A DNA stretch of 64,000 nt from Lama glama (taxonomy: Eukaryota), in contig CM052816.1 in NCBI GenBank assembly GCA_028534125.1, positions 69,752,001 to 69,816,000 of the forward strand, in the 5' to 3' direction. Position 1 is the stretch's first letter; every line of letters begins with the position of its first letter. This document shows, piece after piece, positions 13,391 through 25,642 of this stretch. The position numbers were made by a program, and so were the translations under genes. The notes under the pieces are model-generated. The model made no database searches. It had not been told where the DNA came from and worked only from the letters and a program-made list of their open reading frames with translations.

Positions 13391-13562
13391 GGGGAGGGTG
13401 CAGCTCAGTGGTAGAGTGCGTGCTTAGCATGAATGAGGTCCTGGGTTCAACCACCATTGCCTCTATTAAAAAAATTTTTTAATAAATAAATAAACCTAAT
13501 TACCTCCCCTTCTCCCCAAAAAGAGCAAAATCAAAAAAAAATTTTTTTAATTTAAAAAAAAA
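13391..13562 (+). mobile_element. tRNA-Ala-derived SINE (vic-1-like), long form
   Basis: GGGGAGGGTGCAGCTCAGTGGTAGAGTGCGTGCTTAGCATG...GGTTCAA head, A-rich linker, 'aaacctaattacctcccc' extension and tail; flanked by 'aaact' direct repeats. Confidence 0.92.
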
Positions 13563-15569
13563 CAAAACTGTGAGCTCAGAGAGTTGCATTTTGTATCTGG
13601 AGAAACCAATTCAAAGTTATTTAATTAAGCCCTTTATGTGTAATAAAAACTTCACAGCAATCCTAAAAAATTAGGTCATCTTTTCAGAGAATCCTATTCT
13701 TCAGCACCCCCAGCCCCAACCCTCACATACCTCAGATATGCCCCCCACACAGCCCTTAAGCGCTCTGTGTAAAATCATTAGCCCCAGCTCATTAAAACAC
13801 TTTAGTCCACTGGCCATTTGGTCCCATGAAAATAAAAAAGGAGTGATTAAAAATCTGGGGACATTAAACAGTGGGTATAACCGAGGAGGTCTGGTCTAGA
13901 GCTGACTTTCGTCCCATTCTTGCTGCCTCCAAAGTATCCAGGTTCTTCTCACCTCCTCACAGCTCCCCTGGTTCCCAAATTCCCCTTCAAAATCATATCT
14001 TACTGATAAACCCCGAGCAGTTTCTTCTTTCCTACAAAATAAGTCCAGGTTCCTAGCCTAGTCTTAAAAAATACTCTATTGTTTCTTCCAAGAGCTCTTG
14101 TATGTACTGCAAATTAGTATTTTTTGAGTTTTCAAACTAGGAAGGTGTCCTGAGTTCAGAGTGATGATGATTTATATAAGGTTTGTGCTGAAATATACAG
14201 TCACCTCTCACAGAATAGCAGTTATGTGGAGACTCTTATCAAGGCCCTGATGTGTACACGCCCCAGGAAGACTCAGACACTGGAATTGCCTCTGGTTCCC
14301 AACCTCATACATGACTGACCTTCAGGGGACATTCTGGCTCTTCTGTGTCCAGGTTTGCACTGGGTTAAAAAGAACAAAATGAATAAAACCTAAGGAAGAC
14401 AATAATACCATTATTGTATACTCTTCCATTTGTGTTGGTAATATTTATTCTCTCATTTTTCACTAGCATATTTAAAATTTTTTTAAAAAACCATAAGGAA
14501 TAGAAATTCTGTGATTTTTTTTTTTTCCTGGATACAGTCTTTGCCTCTTCAGTTTCTTGATCTAAGAGATTCTCCCCTGCCTTGTTGACCCAACCAGGGG
14601 CCCCTCTGAGGGTCCTGGGGTCCATTTGAATGTAGACCACTCAGCTAAGCAGCTTCATTCCTTCAGGAATCCCTTTTGACCGAAGGCCCGGGGCAGTTTT
14701 AAGTGTGTTAGCCGGGGAAGTGATTTTGATGCAAATACAGTGCTATGATTTGGAGTTTTCTTCTCTGTAAACGTTTGAAGTGAACATACTTTGGTTTTAA
14801 GAAAGGAAACCAATGCTGTTGTCTTAGTTCATTGTTATTCCTTCTCCCTTAAGTCTGAAGGCTTTTTAAATAACCCACAATTCTAAATTCTTAGCTCCAT
14901 GGGATCGAAAGTGAATCAAAGGAAGTGAAGACAACTGAGGTTGAGCAGGTGGAGAGCAGTAAGTTCTAATGGTTCGATGTCTCCCTATCCAGCTCCTTTA
15001 ATTTAACCAGTAATCTCTTCTGACAAAACAAACTTAGGTCTTGAAACCAGGGCTTAAGCATCCAGCAGACCTCCATTTGAATCCTACCTTAGAACTCTCT
15101 CTTTATCTATTAGATGGAGACCCAACCCCAACTTAATAGCTTTGTCATAAGGAATAAGAAAAGGTAAGACAAATTAAATGCTTAGCACATTGCCAGCACG
15201 TTGATGCTAGTTAAAAGAGTGACTGTAGATGGTTTTCAGACGACTGGGAAATAAAGAAATAGAAGATAGAACACATCTTGTATTCAAGTTGCTTAGGTTT
15301 TTTTTTTTTTTTTGCAAAATGGATGTGTTGGAGAAGATAAAGAAGTGGAGTATGTAGGATAATTGAGGAATCGTGTGTTTATTAGCCAGTGAAATCAGTA
15401 GCACCTAAGGGATTGACTGTGGGTTCTCAATGGTAGTTGAAGAAAGAAACTAGAATCAAGATGCTAAACTGTGTCACTGAGGCCGACCTGACAGGTAGGT
15501 ACTGAGCAAATTATCTTAGCATCTCTTGCTGGAGAAAATTCTCCAGTTTTATGTGCATATCACTTACTA

Positions 15570-15780
15570 GGAGGCGGTGTTAGTATAGTGACAGAGGGGC
15601 TTTGGAATTAGGTTGTCCAGAATTCCCTCCATTTCTGTGACGGCTCTCTCAGGGGCTCCCCTGCTAAAAATAGATTAAAAGAGGGGTACTGTATTGTGAG
15701 GCTTAGTGATAATATAAAGATCTGGAACAATGCCTGCCACCTAGAAAGTGGGTTGATAAATGGTAACTATTGTTAGGTAT
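15570..15780 (+). mobile_element. MIR SINE
   Basis: 'gtatagtgacagag...tttggaattag...ttgtgagg...caatgcctgccacctag...ataaatggtaactatt'. Confidence 0.6.
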
Positions 15781-16554
15781 AATCATCTGGCAACTACTGT
15801 TATGTGTAATTATCTTATGTTTTCTTCCCCTGCTGACAAGTCCACCCACCTCTAGATGCTCTAGATATTCCGAAAGGCTGGGCTCAGAATAACACGTAGG
15901 TGGTCTAGTGAACATGACCACTGGAGTACAGATAGATTATTCCATTGATAGGGAGATCAGACCTCTTAATGTGACCATGCCTGTGTGATTCAAGAAATCA
16001 ATATGCTCCTCCTACAAATTTAACCACTTACCATTTGTTTAGTCCTTTATGTTTTATAAAACACTTTATCAACAGGAGATTTTTTATATATTTTCTAAAC
16101 ACTTTTATTATTCCCTTTGCAAAAAGTACAGAAACTTAACCTCAATTTGTTGTGCTCCTGTGTCCTTCCGCTGTTTTATGTGGATTTCTACATGATCTGT
16201 ATCTCGAGGTACTTTGTTCCCTTGTCTCTGTAGGATTTATTTTCTTGCATAAAAATGTGTCAAACTGAACTTGCACATTGCTTATGCATGAGATTTTTCC
16301 TTTAATTACTGCAACAAATGGATGAAATAAGAAATGATAAAACCAAAAATTCTGTGAAACTAAGGAGATATTTGCAATATTCAGTCTTCAGAACACCAGA
16401 GTGGGTGTTAAGATTTAATGTCAGGTGTCTCTTGTTCTTGTTGCAAACCAAGTGGTTGCCTGTGACTGATGAGTTCTGTCTCCTGTAAGGAACTGACACC
16501 ACTGTTTTTCAAATAGATGTGAGTACCGTGTGATGATTAAAAATACAGATTCAT

Positions 16555-17760
16555 GGGAGAAAATATTTGCAAAAGGCATAATTGATAAAGGACTTTATCT
16601 AACATATACGAAGAACTCTTAAAACTCAACAACAGGAAGACAAACAACCTAATTAAAATGGGGCAAAGATCTTAACAGACACCTAACCAAAGAAAATAAT
16701 CAGATGGCAAATAAGCCTATGAAAAGATGCTCCACGTCATGTATCATCAAGGCAATGCACATTAAAACAGCAGTAAGATACTATGCCTGTTAGAATGGCC
16801 AAAATCTGAAACACTGATGCTGGTAAGGATGTAGAACAGGAACGCTCATTCATTGCTGGTGGAACTGCAGAATGGTCCAGCCACTTGAGAAGACCGTTTG
16901 GTGATTTCTTCCAAAACTAAACATTCTTGTAATACATGATCCAGCAATCATGCTCCTTGGTATTTACCCAGAGGAGTTGAAGACTTACGTTCACACAAAA
17001 ATTTGCACAGAGATGTTTATAGCAGCTTTATTCCTAGTTGAGAAAACTTGGGAGCAACCAAGATGTGATATCCTTCAGTAGGTGAAATGGATAAAGTGTG
17101 GTACATCCAGACAATGTAATATTCAATGCTAAAAAGAAATGAGCTATCAAGCCATAAAAAGACATGGAGGAACCTTAAGTGCTTATTACTAAGTGAAAGA
17201 AGCCAATCTGAAAAGAGTACATAGTGTATGTTTCCAACTATATGACATTCTGAAAAGGCAAAATTATGGAGACAGTAAAAAGATCAGTGGTTGCCAGGAG
17301 TTAGAAGAAGAGGGAAGGGATGAATATACAGAGCTCAGAGAATTTTTAGGGCAGTGAAAATACTCTGTATGATACTATAGTGATGAATACACATTATTAT
17401 ACATTTGTCCAAACCCATAGAATGTACACCACCAAGAGTGAACTGTGATGTTAACTCTGGACTTTGAATGATTATGGTGTGTCAGTGTAGGTTCATCAGT
17501 TACAACAGATGTACCACTCTGGTGGGGGATGTTGATAGTGGGAGAGGCTATGCATGTGCAGGGACTCTGGGATTATGGAAAATCCATGTTCCTTCTCCTC
17601 AATTTGGAGTCATACAGATATTCTTCCTTTAATTCCTTCAATTTTCAGACTCTTTCCCAATAGGACCCTTCACATTGCTATACCCCATGAGCTTAGATGC
17701 CCCTAGTGTCTCTCCATTCAGTAATAGTTATGAACCTAAAACTATTCTAAGAATTTAAAG
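16555..17760 (+). mobile_element. Old LINE-1 (L1M-type) ORF2 C-terminus and 3' UTR
   Basis: 'gggagaaaatatttgcaaa', 'atgaaaagatgctccacgtca', 'gatccagcaatc', 'taagtgaaagaagccaatctgaaaag', 'ccactctggtgggggatgttgatagtggg', 'gaacctaaaact'. No intact ORF. Confidence 0.93.
17606..17734 (+). repeat. 129-bp copy of 19984-20112 inserted in the L1 3' end
   Basis: Ungapped alignment to 19984-20112 with 11 mismatches by manual count. Confidence 0.95.
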
Positions 17761-18174
17761 GCTTGATTTTTTTTTAAAGTGACTAGCACACAAAAATTAT
17801 ATAAATTCACTCGCAAGCATTCCTGAAATGGCAGTAACTTTTGAGCATTCCATATTTTCACAGGTTATAGATACTAAAAAACATATCACTTAGAAGGTTT
17901 GATTGTTCACTAGGCTGCTGCCCCTCTCCCCCACCCTCCACCATTTTTTTTACTCTGAAATGTTTGGGAACTTGTGACCTAGGCCTTTGTTGATGTAAGT
18001 GTTAGCTGGGGAGTAAAACCACTAGATAAAGTTTTTATCTTTTGGATGGTCATGTGCTAGTCGAGTCTTTCCTCCTATTCTAAGTGAAAAGCCTCAGACT
18101 TTCCACTTAAGTGGTACACTCTCTATCTTTCATCTAAAGAACATAAAATACTTTCTAAAACTCCACCTGGTGAT

Positions 18175-18295
18175 AGGAGGGGAAAAATGAGTGCCTGGGG
18201 AGTGTGATTTGCCCAAGGTCACACAGGGCACCAGTGGAAGCACTGAGTAGAGAGAACCAGGTTCTCCTGACTTGGATTCATTGTTCTCAGACCCT
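18175..18295 (-). mobile_element. MIR SINE fragment
   Basis: 'gtgatttgcccaaggtcacacag...agaaccaggttctcctgac'. Confidence 0.7.
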
Positions 18296-18929
18296 GTTTC
18301 CAGAGACCTGATAAGCTTTTTCTGCTCTGATTTCGTCATCAAAGAGCTTGAGTTTGAAATACTTATATTTTGTGCTGGTACCTTTCAAAATATGATCTCT
18401 TCTATCAGTAGGGTCGATCATTTGGGTTAGTTTATTTTGGCAGAATTGTGTGGGCTGAAGGTCTGAGGTTATATTGATCTATATTCCATAAAAACTCAGA
18501 CCAGGTATTCATGACACAGATTTGATGGGGAAAACTTCCAGGCTAAATAGGAATTAACCAATTTAGTGGAAAAAGTGAAGTTATTCCTTACAGCCTTTTA
18601 GTTCCCCAGGTGGGAAAAATCATTATGCAAAAGAATGTTGTGCTAAATGACAAAACAACAACTATTCGTGGGATAGTTTCTTAGCCTTTGTTGCGAATTT
18701 CCCGATATTCAGATTGTGATTTGGAGATAAAAGTAAACCAGAACTCTTATAAATAGCTTGGTAATTTGTTTGTATTTGTAATAAAAAATAATAACAAATG
18801 AAATACTTACCATAGCCCAGAGATCAATCAAATCACTGCTGGGTGTAAATACTCCAGCAGAAAAAGATCCACGAAGTTAGTCATGTCTTAGAAGGGGCTG
18901 TCCATCCACCACCCACAGGCTGATAACTC

Positions 18930-19628
18930 CTGAATCTGCCACCCTTCAGCTCTCTGCCTACAACTGTCCTCCTAGACACCAACATTTCTAAGTCACCACC
19001 ACCACCTCAAGCTGAGCTCATCTGCTCTGGATGTTTCTTTTCTGTTTTGTTCCCTTTTGGTGAATGATGCTTAAGTCTACCAAATGGTTACTTGGGACAG
19101 TCACCTGGTCACGTCTTTGGGGCTAACTTGCTGACTTTGCCCTTCCACATTTGCCCAGGTCATTTTTCTGTCTGGAAATTTGACCATATCAAGTCCTTTG
19201 CTTAAAATGAAGTGACCTTTCATAACCATTAGTATCATAGTTCAAGTTCTTTGGCACAGCCCACAGCCCACAGCCCCCTCTCCTCACTTATTTCTGGCCA
19301 GTCTGTCTCATAACATGTGACAACCCTATGATCTGTAGTTTCCTAAATGGGTCATGTCATCACTCTGCTGTGGAAGTATTTGCAAATGTTATTCCCTCTT
19401 ACCTGTGTGCCCTTCCCTTATATACTAGGTTCAGCTCTGGGCTATTGAACATGGCACTTATCCAGCTACTTTGGTACTTGTTGGTTTGTGAATGTCCTCT
19501 GCCATCCCATCCCACTAGACCCTCAGTGCTCAGATTATGTCTTATTTGTGTTTCTCCTGTCCATATAAAGCCCAGTACCTGGGACATGGAAGATGTTCAA
19601 ATAATGCCTATTAACAAATGAATGAAGA
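18930..19628 (+). mobile_element. L2 LINE 3' fragment
   Basis: Pyrimidine-rich degraded body ending 'cagtacctgggacatggaagatgttcaaataatg...aatgaatgaa'. Confidence 0.65.
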
Positions 19629-19983
19629 AAGGAATCAGGAAATCAATTTCTTTCCTTCTAATAGATGGAACATTGATGGTATACAAGCTAAATCCAGGTC
19701 ATCTGAGTTTTCAATGCTAAAGGGAGTCATGAATCTATGATGGTGGGTAGCTTTCCTTGATAAAAAGGTAATGGCCTGTTCATTTCCTTTTTGCCATTTT
19801 TATAGTTATAGCTACACAGCCAGATGACCTATACAGAGCCAGGGATTCTGGCCAAACAGCTGTACTGAGGTTCCTAGACCTATCAGCAGCCTTGGACAGG
19901 TCATGTCAACATGTTCTACTCACCCATCCACCTGCAAACCCTGTGGATGGTTGTGTCTCATCTGGCTTTGTTCCTTCCCCAGA

Positions 19984-20112
19984 GGAGTCATATGGATATT
20001 CTTCCTTTAATTCCTTCAATTTTCAGACTGTTTCCCAATAGAACCCTTCACATTGCCATACCCCATGAGGCTAGATGCCCCTAGTGTCTTTCTGTTCAGT
20101 AATAATTATGAA
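19984..20112 (+). repeat. Likely donor copy of the 129-bp local duplication
   Basis: Matches 17606-17734 and lies in non-L1 context. Confidence 0.95.
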
Positions 20113-20462
20113 GTCACTAAATACTCCCGTGAGAGAGAACAGAATTAGACCGTGAGAATTTCACAGTCCTTCTCATGCTTATTCTTACAATCCTGCATTA
20201 TGTCCATGTCTAACAGCCACCAAAGATTTAAGGTGTCCCCAAAGGACAAGATCTTTGAGAACTTCTCAGGGGTGTAGTGTGAAAAGGGGGACCCTTTGCT
20301 GGTGCTCTGTAGTCAGTCTTTCTTTGAAATCTTGTTAAACCGTGGTCCTTCCAGCAATGGACAGCCACCAAATCAAGCCCATCTCCAGCTGACTGAGGCT
20401 GGAGGTCTTTTTAATGACCATGCTTATTGGAAGCTGCTTGGGCAGCATTTCTGCCTACCTGA

Positions 20463-20570
20463 TTTTTTTCTTCTCCTCCTGCCCCTCCTTCCTTCTCTTT
20501 CCCTTCTTCTCCTCTTCTCCCCCTTTTCCCCCTCCTCCTCCCTCCTTCTCTTCCCCCGTCTCCTCCTCCA
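20463..20570 (+). repeat. CT-rich low-complexity tract
   Basis: About 105 nt of almost pure pyrimidine. Confidence 0.9.
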
Positions 20571-22054
20571 CTGATTTGGGAGAGAAGTTAGAGAAGAAGG
20601 AAGTATTCAGAGCAGGAAGGAGGGAAGACTGAGATTGGAGGAATCAGAATAAAAGAGATTATATTTTCAGGTTGGAGTAGAAGACGTTGCCCACAAAATC
20701 AACCTTTCTCAACCCTGTCGAGGCACCAGGGCTACCCTGATGCCTCATTCACAGCTCCTTTGCTTGGACCTCTCTGAAGTACACACAACTGGATGACTTT
20801 CCCCACCTTCTTTTGGCCCATCACCATCTCAGAGACAGAAATAAAATGCAGGAAGTCTTCATTTCATTAGAGAAGACGGAAGAGCTTTTTTCTCCCTATG
20901 TGTAAGACACATGCCTGGTGATCTTGAAGGACTCTCTCAGGATCCAACTAGGCTTTAATTAATTCTAGAATTATAGTTGCCTCAAATTCTCTGTACAAAG
21001 ATAGAAGCTAGGTTGTTAAACCCATTAATCAACTGGACATTTAAGGTCTGTAAGGACATAGCATTTTGTTTATTAGTTTGTGAATTCCTAGAGCAATACT
21101 TGTCATATTTACTTGCTTAAATATTTATCAAATGAATTTATAAGTGAATAAATAAATAGACAGTGTTGCCTTATAATTTGTTCTGCTAAGACAAGTCTAG
21201 GCAAGAGGGTAGACTGAAAGTTGTGTCTAATACCTGATATAGTAGCTTTCTATTTTTTTCTTTTTTGTAGTAGCTTTTTAAAGCTTCCATTTTCTCTAAT
21301 GTCTCTACTTTTGACCTCCACTCACAGAAACCTTTTCTTCCAAGCAGAAAGCATTGATCACAGAGGAGTGTTCATTTGCTTTCAAAATAATTTATATCTA
21401 CTAATAAGTGGAAGAAATTTTTCAAAGGGGCAGACATGTTTTATATATTGCACAGCAGAGCTGATTATTAAGGAGAAAAATCACCTGGTAACGTTATAGA
21501 ATATCATTTTTCTTCTCTCAGTGTAAGTCACAAAGAAAGAAGACTCAGCTGACAATCCCAGGTACTTACAACCCCTTAGCTGCCAAGCCACTGGCTTTGC
21601 TCATTTTTCTCGTGGCTGCACCAACCTAGACAGCACAGTAGCGTCTCAAGCAATTTGCCGAAAGATGGGTACCAAAGAGCAGGCTGTACCCAATTTACAA
21701 ATAGGTTGAAGATTTAATGTGTAATTTGTTTCTATGGGAAAATAGAATCTAGCTTGTACACAGTGTTACTTATGTTGAACCAGTTTCCCAGGCAGGCCAC
21801 CAAGGCCAGTTCCAAGACAACAGAGATAAAGATGTACTAATTGTGCACCTGGCTTCTAGATTCCTCCAAGATCTCCAAACTCTGGGCCCGTGTTTTCTGG
21901 GAAGGTCTGTTATGGGGACCAGAGGCGTGTTCCCCAGGCTGGGGTTGTGGGAGGTGAGGGGTGGGGGTCAAAGGAACAGGAGCCCCTCCTGTTACCAACA
22001 TGCAAACTCAGACTCCTTGTTCCAGTTTCCCTTCTGCCAAAGAAGTGTCTTTTG

Positions 22055-23215
22055 CTCATTTACTTAATAAATATTTATTGAGTGGACGCTGTGTAATAAA
22101 CACTTGGAGAATGTGTGAACAGTGTGCAAAACCAACAGAACTCCCTGCGCTCCTGAAGCTTGTATTGTCGTGAAGAGAGTTCATGAACAAATGAATAACA
22201 CACATCAGATGATGTACCGTATATCAGACATACTTAACTCATCAGGTGGTAGTCACTGAACAAGTCAGAAGGAGATGGTTCAAGAAAAGAAGAGTGAAAG
22301 GGCTGGGGTCTCGGGTTGTGGGGTGGGTACTGTTTTAAAAAGAGTGATCATTGGGGCAAGCCTCCTTGAGAAGGGAACATTTATGCAAAGCCCTATGGGG
22401 GATGAGGATCCATTGCCAAGCATCAGTGAGGTGCACTCATGGCTGGAGTGTTTGACAGTGGCTGGAAAGAGCAGACGGGCAAGGGTAAGAGTAGATCACG
22501 TCTGGGAAATAAAAGGGGAGGAGCAGAGCCTTACAGGACTTGCGTGGGCTTGGCTTTCATGTTCTTTGAGATGGGAAGGCTTTGGAGAACTGGAAGTAGA
22601 GGAGTGTCGTGAGCTGACATGCTTACTAACAGGACACCTGGCTTGCTTTGGCTGCTGTAGACCAGAGCAGGACAAGGCTTAGAAGCAGGAAGATCAGTCA
22701 AGAGGCTATTACAATAATCCAGACTGGAATCATTATGCTAGTGTAGACTGGGGTGGTAGCAATCAGGGTACTTTGAAGATGGAAGAACCAAGAGAATTTC
22801 CATGTGGATTAGAATTGTGGTTTGAGAGAAAGAAGCAGCAAGATGGCTTTGAGATTTGGGGAGGGAGGGCAAGCAACTAGAAAATGAAGTGGTCGTGTTC
22901 AAATACTAGGAAATGCAAATGTTGGCTCTCCTAAGTTGACTGCACCTGTTTGATACCAAATTGGAGATGCCAGGTAGGCAGCTGGAGCCAAGGGAACTTG
23001 TAAAGGTGAAGAGAAGAGCCCTAGGGCAGAACAATATAAGAGAGGAGAGAGGAGGGACCCAGAAAGATGCCGGAGAAGGAGCAGCCAGTGTGGCAGGAAG
23101 GAAACAAGGAGAATGGGAGCTGGGAGAAGCAGCAGGTTGGGGGACTGGTAAGTGAGCTGAAGGCTGCCCACCGTATTCCTGAGACTGCTATGGGTGCAGC
23201 CTTGATGCAGTGAGA
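22055..23215 (-). mobile_element. L2 LINE 3' portion
   Basis: Begins 'catttacttaataaatatttattgag' (reverse L2 terminus), followed by a purine-rich L2 body such as 'agcaggaagatcagtcaagaggctattacaataatccag'. Confidence 0.8.
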
Positions 23216-25104
23216 GGAAGGGAATGCAGACTGCAAGATGACTCATGCTCCATTACTCCACATATATTTTATATAGGTGGACGTGTATTTCGTCTGTTTG
23301 GATAAAGCTGAGTTACAATATAAAAATAATTTTTTTATAACTCAATTTTATGTTGAGATGTTAAGTGACTTACCTGATTAATCTGAAAAAATGGTTTAGT
23401 GAGTCTCATCCTGTTAATGGAATAAGTGGCCGGCTCTTTAAGAACTTAAATTATTCAATTAATGTTACTCTGTTGGGATAAAAACTAAAATAACATGCTA
23501 TATCGGATTGTGAATTGTTAACTTCAATGTGTAGTCTGAATAGTTCTAGGTTATCTGATGAGTCTGGTTTCTAAACTAATTTTATTAATTTCAGAAAGTA
23601 ATGAACTTCCTGAAAGTGAAGATCCAACTCATTCTTTATATACTGCCCCCCCCATATATAGTTGCACTTTTGTATTAAAAATGGGGCTCTCAAGTTCAGT
23701 CCCAGCTCATAGCATAAAGAGGAATGGATGGTTCTGATTTAAAATTGAAGAGGATAGGAATTAACAAAAATGAAGAAGACTTAAAAATCAAGTCTTTTGT
23801 ATAGCTTTATTCTTGTTAAGGCTGTGATCATTTTTAAGAATTGTGTTTCTTGTCTCAGTAGCTTTGGAATGATCAGGGTATGTTTTTTGCTGTTAAAATT
23901 TGGACAGTGAGTTGCACTTTGAATTTTTATTGCCAGCCATATCTTTTCAGCCCTGCTTCTTTTCCATTAATAATTCCCTAAAGGGATGCTTTTTGGAGGA
24001 ATGGAAGTGTTTACTGTTTAACCTTAGAGTTATATAGCTTGTTTCAAAGTGAGCAATTTGATTGTGGTATTGGGGAAGTAACCACAGCTTATTCACAAAA
24101 TTGGAACCTCAATTTAATAAAATTTCAAAATCAACATAAAAATTTTATGACTTTATCATTTGCCCACAGATATGAAAGGAAGAAGTCATTAGAAATATCT
24201 CGTGGTTATTTATTCATATTATAAATAACTGTCATTTCAATTTATAACACATTTTAAAAATACCCCCTCATAGAAACTAAAACAATATAACATCAGTTAA
24301 CCAAAGTCTGTGTATTTTTGATACTAACATTTTTTAAAGCAAGTTTATATCCACTATAAATTTTCATATTCTGTTTATCTCTTGGACCTTTATACTTAAA
24401 TTTTTTGCACTCGGCTGCACTTGTAAATTGCAGTCTCTTAGCCATCACTGTCATTTTCATCACTAGTAAATAATATTTATTTAGTGCTTCATACTTTTTC
24501 TACAGCTGTTTCTCCAAGTAACTTTGGAGTTGCACAAACAAACTGAATGTGATTCAGTGAAAAAATTAAATATGTCTAGAAATTTTACTTCAGGTATTTT
24601 GAGGCCATTGCAAAGTGAAACTAACAACAATAAAAACAAATCAAAAAATAAACAAGCAAACTGGTAATGTGGAACAGTCATTGAAATAAAAAAATCAGTC
24701 ACTTTCAGTAGATAACAGCTCAGAAAGAGGCATATACCTTCACATAGCTTTCATTCCTACATACTCCCTGAACATTTAAATTCCAGTACAATACTGGTAT
24801 CACTGGTTGGGACCAATTCTCATTTATAATTTACCTGTTGAACTAGGTTCTTATTTTATATTCTGCAGAAAATGCCTTGACCCATGCTAGCACAAAGCCT
24901 TTAAGGTATAACTTATGTGACAATGATCTTTGGCTCTAAATTCTGTGGAAGAAATAAGTCATAATTATAATGCCTTACCTTAACACACATGAAATTGCCA
25001 CAATTCAACAGTTTTTGATAAATAGAAAAAAACAGAAATGTGATCTGGTTCAACGTAATGTTTGTATAATGCCATGTGAGACTTGGAGCACGGGCGATAC
25101 CGGT

Positions 25105-25215
25105 AGAAAGTCTCGAATTAAATGATTTACTCAAGGTCATGTGGTTAGAATATAGCACTCTAGAACCTGAATTTCTCAACTCAAAGTTCAGTATACTTTC
25201 TACTATACTATATTG
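25105..25215 (-). mobile_element. MIR SINE fragment
   Basis: 'ttaaatgatttactcaaggtcatgtgg...ctagaacctgaatttctc'. Confidence 0.6.
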
Positions 25216-25429
25216 TACTTCTGGGGAACAGATGAAAATTATCACAATAATTGTGGTATTGAAAGTATGATCTAAAGTAAGAGAACTGTTTCTTTAGGAG
25301 GAAAAAAACTGTCAGTGTGGTCAGGTGATTAATCACTAGGAAATTAGAAAGTATGGGGAAAATGGGCTTCATCTACTTGTTTACATTTGTCAGCCAAGAG
25401 GTACATTTTTTTTGTATTCCTGCTTTTTT

Positions 25430-25642
25430 CCTTAACTTTAAAAAATTATAGAAAAGTTCAAGTATTCACAAAAGTAGAGAGACTAGCATAATGAACCCTA
25501 GGTACCCATCATCCAGGATCAACAGTCCACAACTCATAGTTTCATCCCTGCACCCAAGTACTTTCTTGTCCTACACTAGATTATTTTGAACCCAGTCACA
25601 AACATCATGCTGTTTCATCCATAAATATTTCAATATGTATAG
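25430..25642 (-). mobile_element. Ancient L1 (L1MC/L1ME-type) 3' end
   Basis: 'acaaaagtagagagactagcataatgaaccc..gtacccatcatccag...gattattttgaa...ccataaatatttcaatatgtat'. Confidence 0.7.

Noticed and set aside
13391..13465. SINE heads as genuine tRNA-Ala genes
   Set aside because: They have A-rich tails, TSDs, extended 5' ends and stem-breaking substitutions, so they are retroposed copies.
15664..15673. Perfect MEF2 site CTAAAAATAG
   Set aside because: A single motif within a decayed MIR; no independent support.
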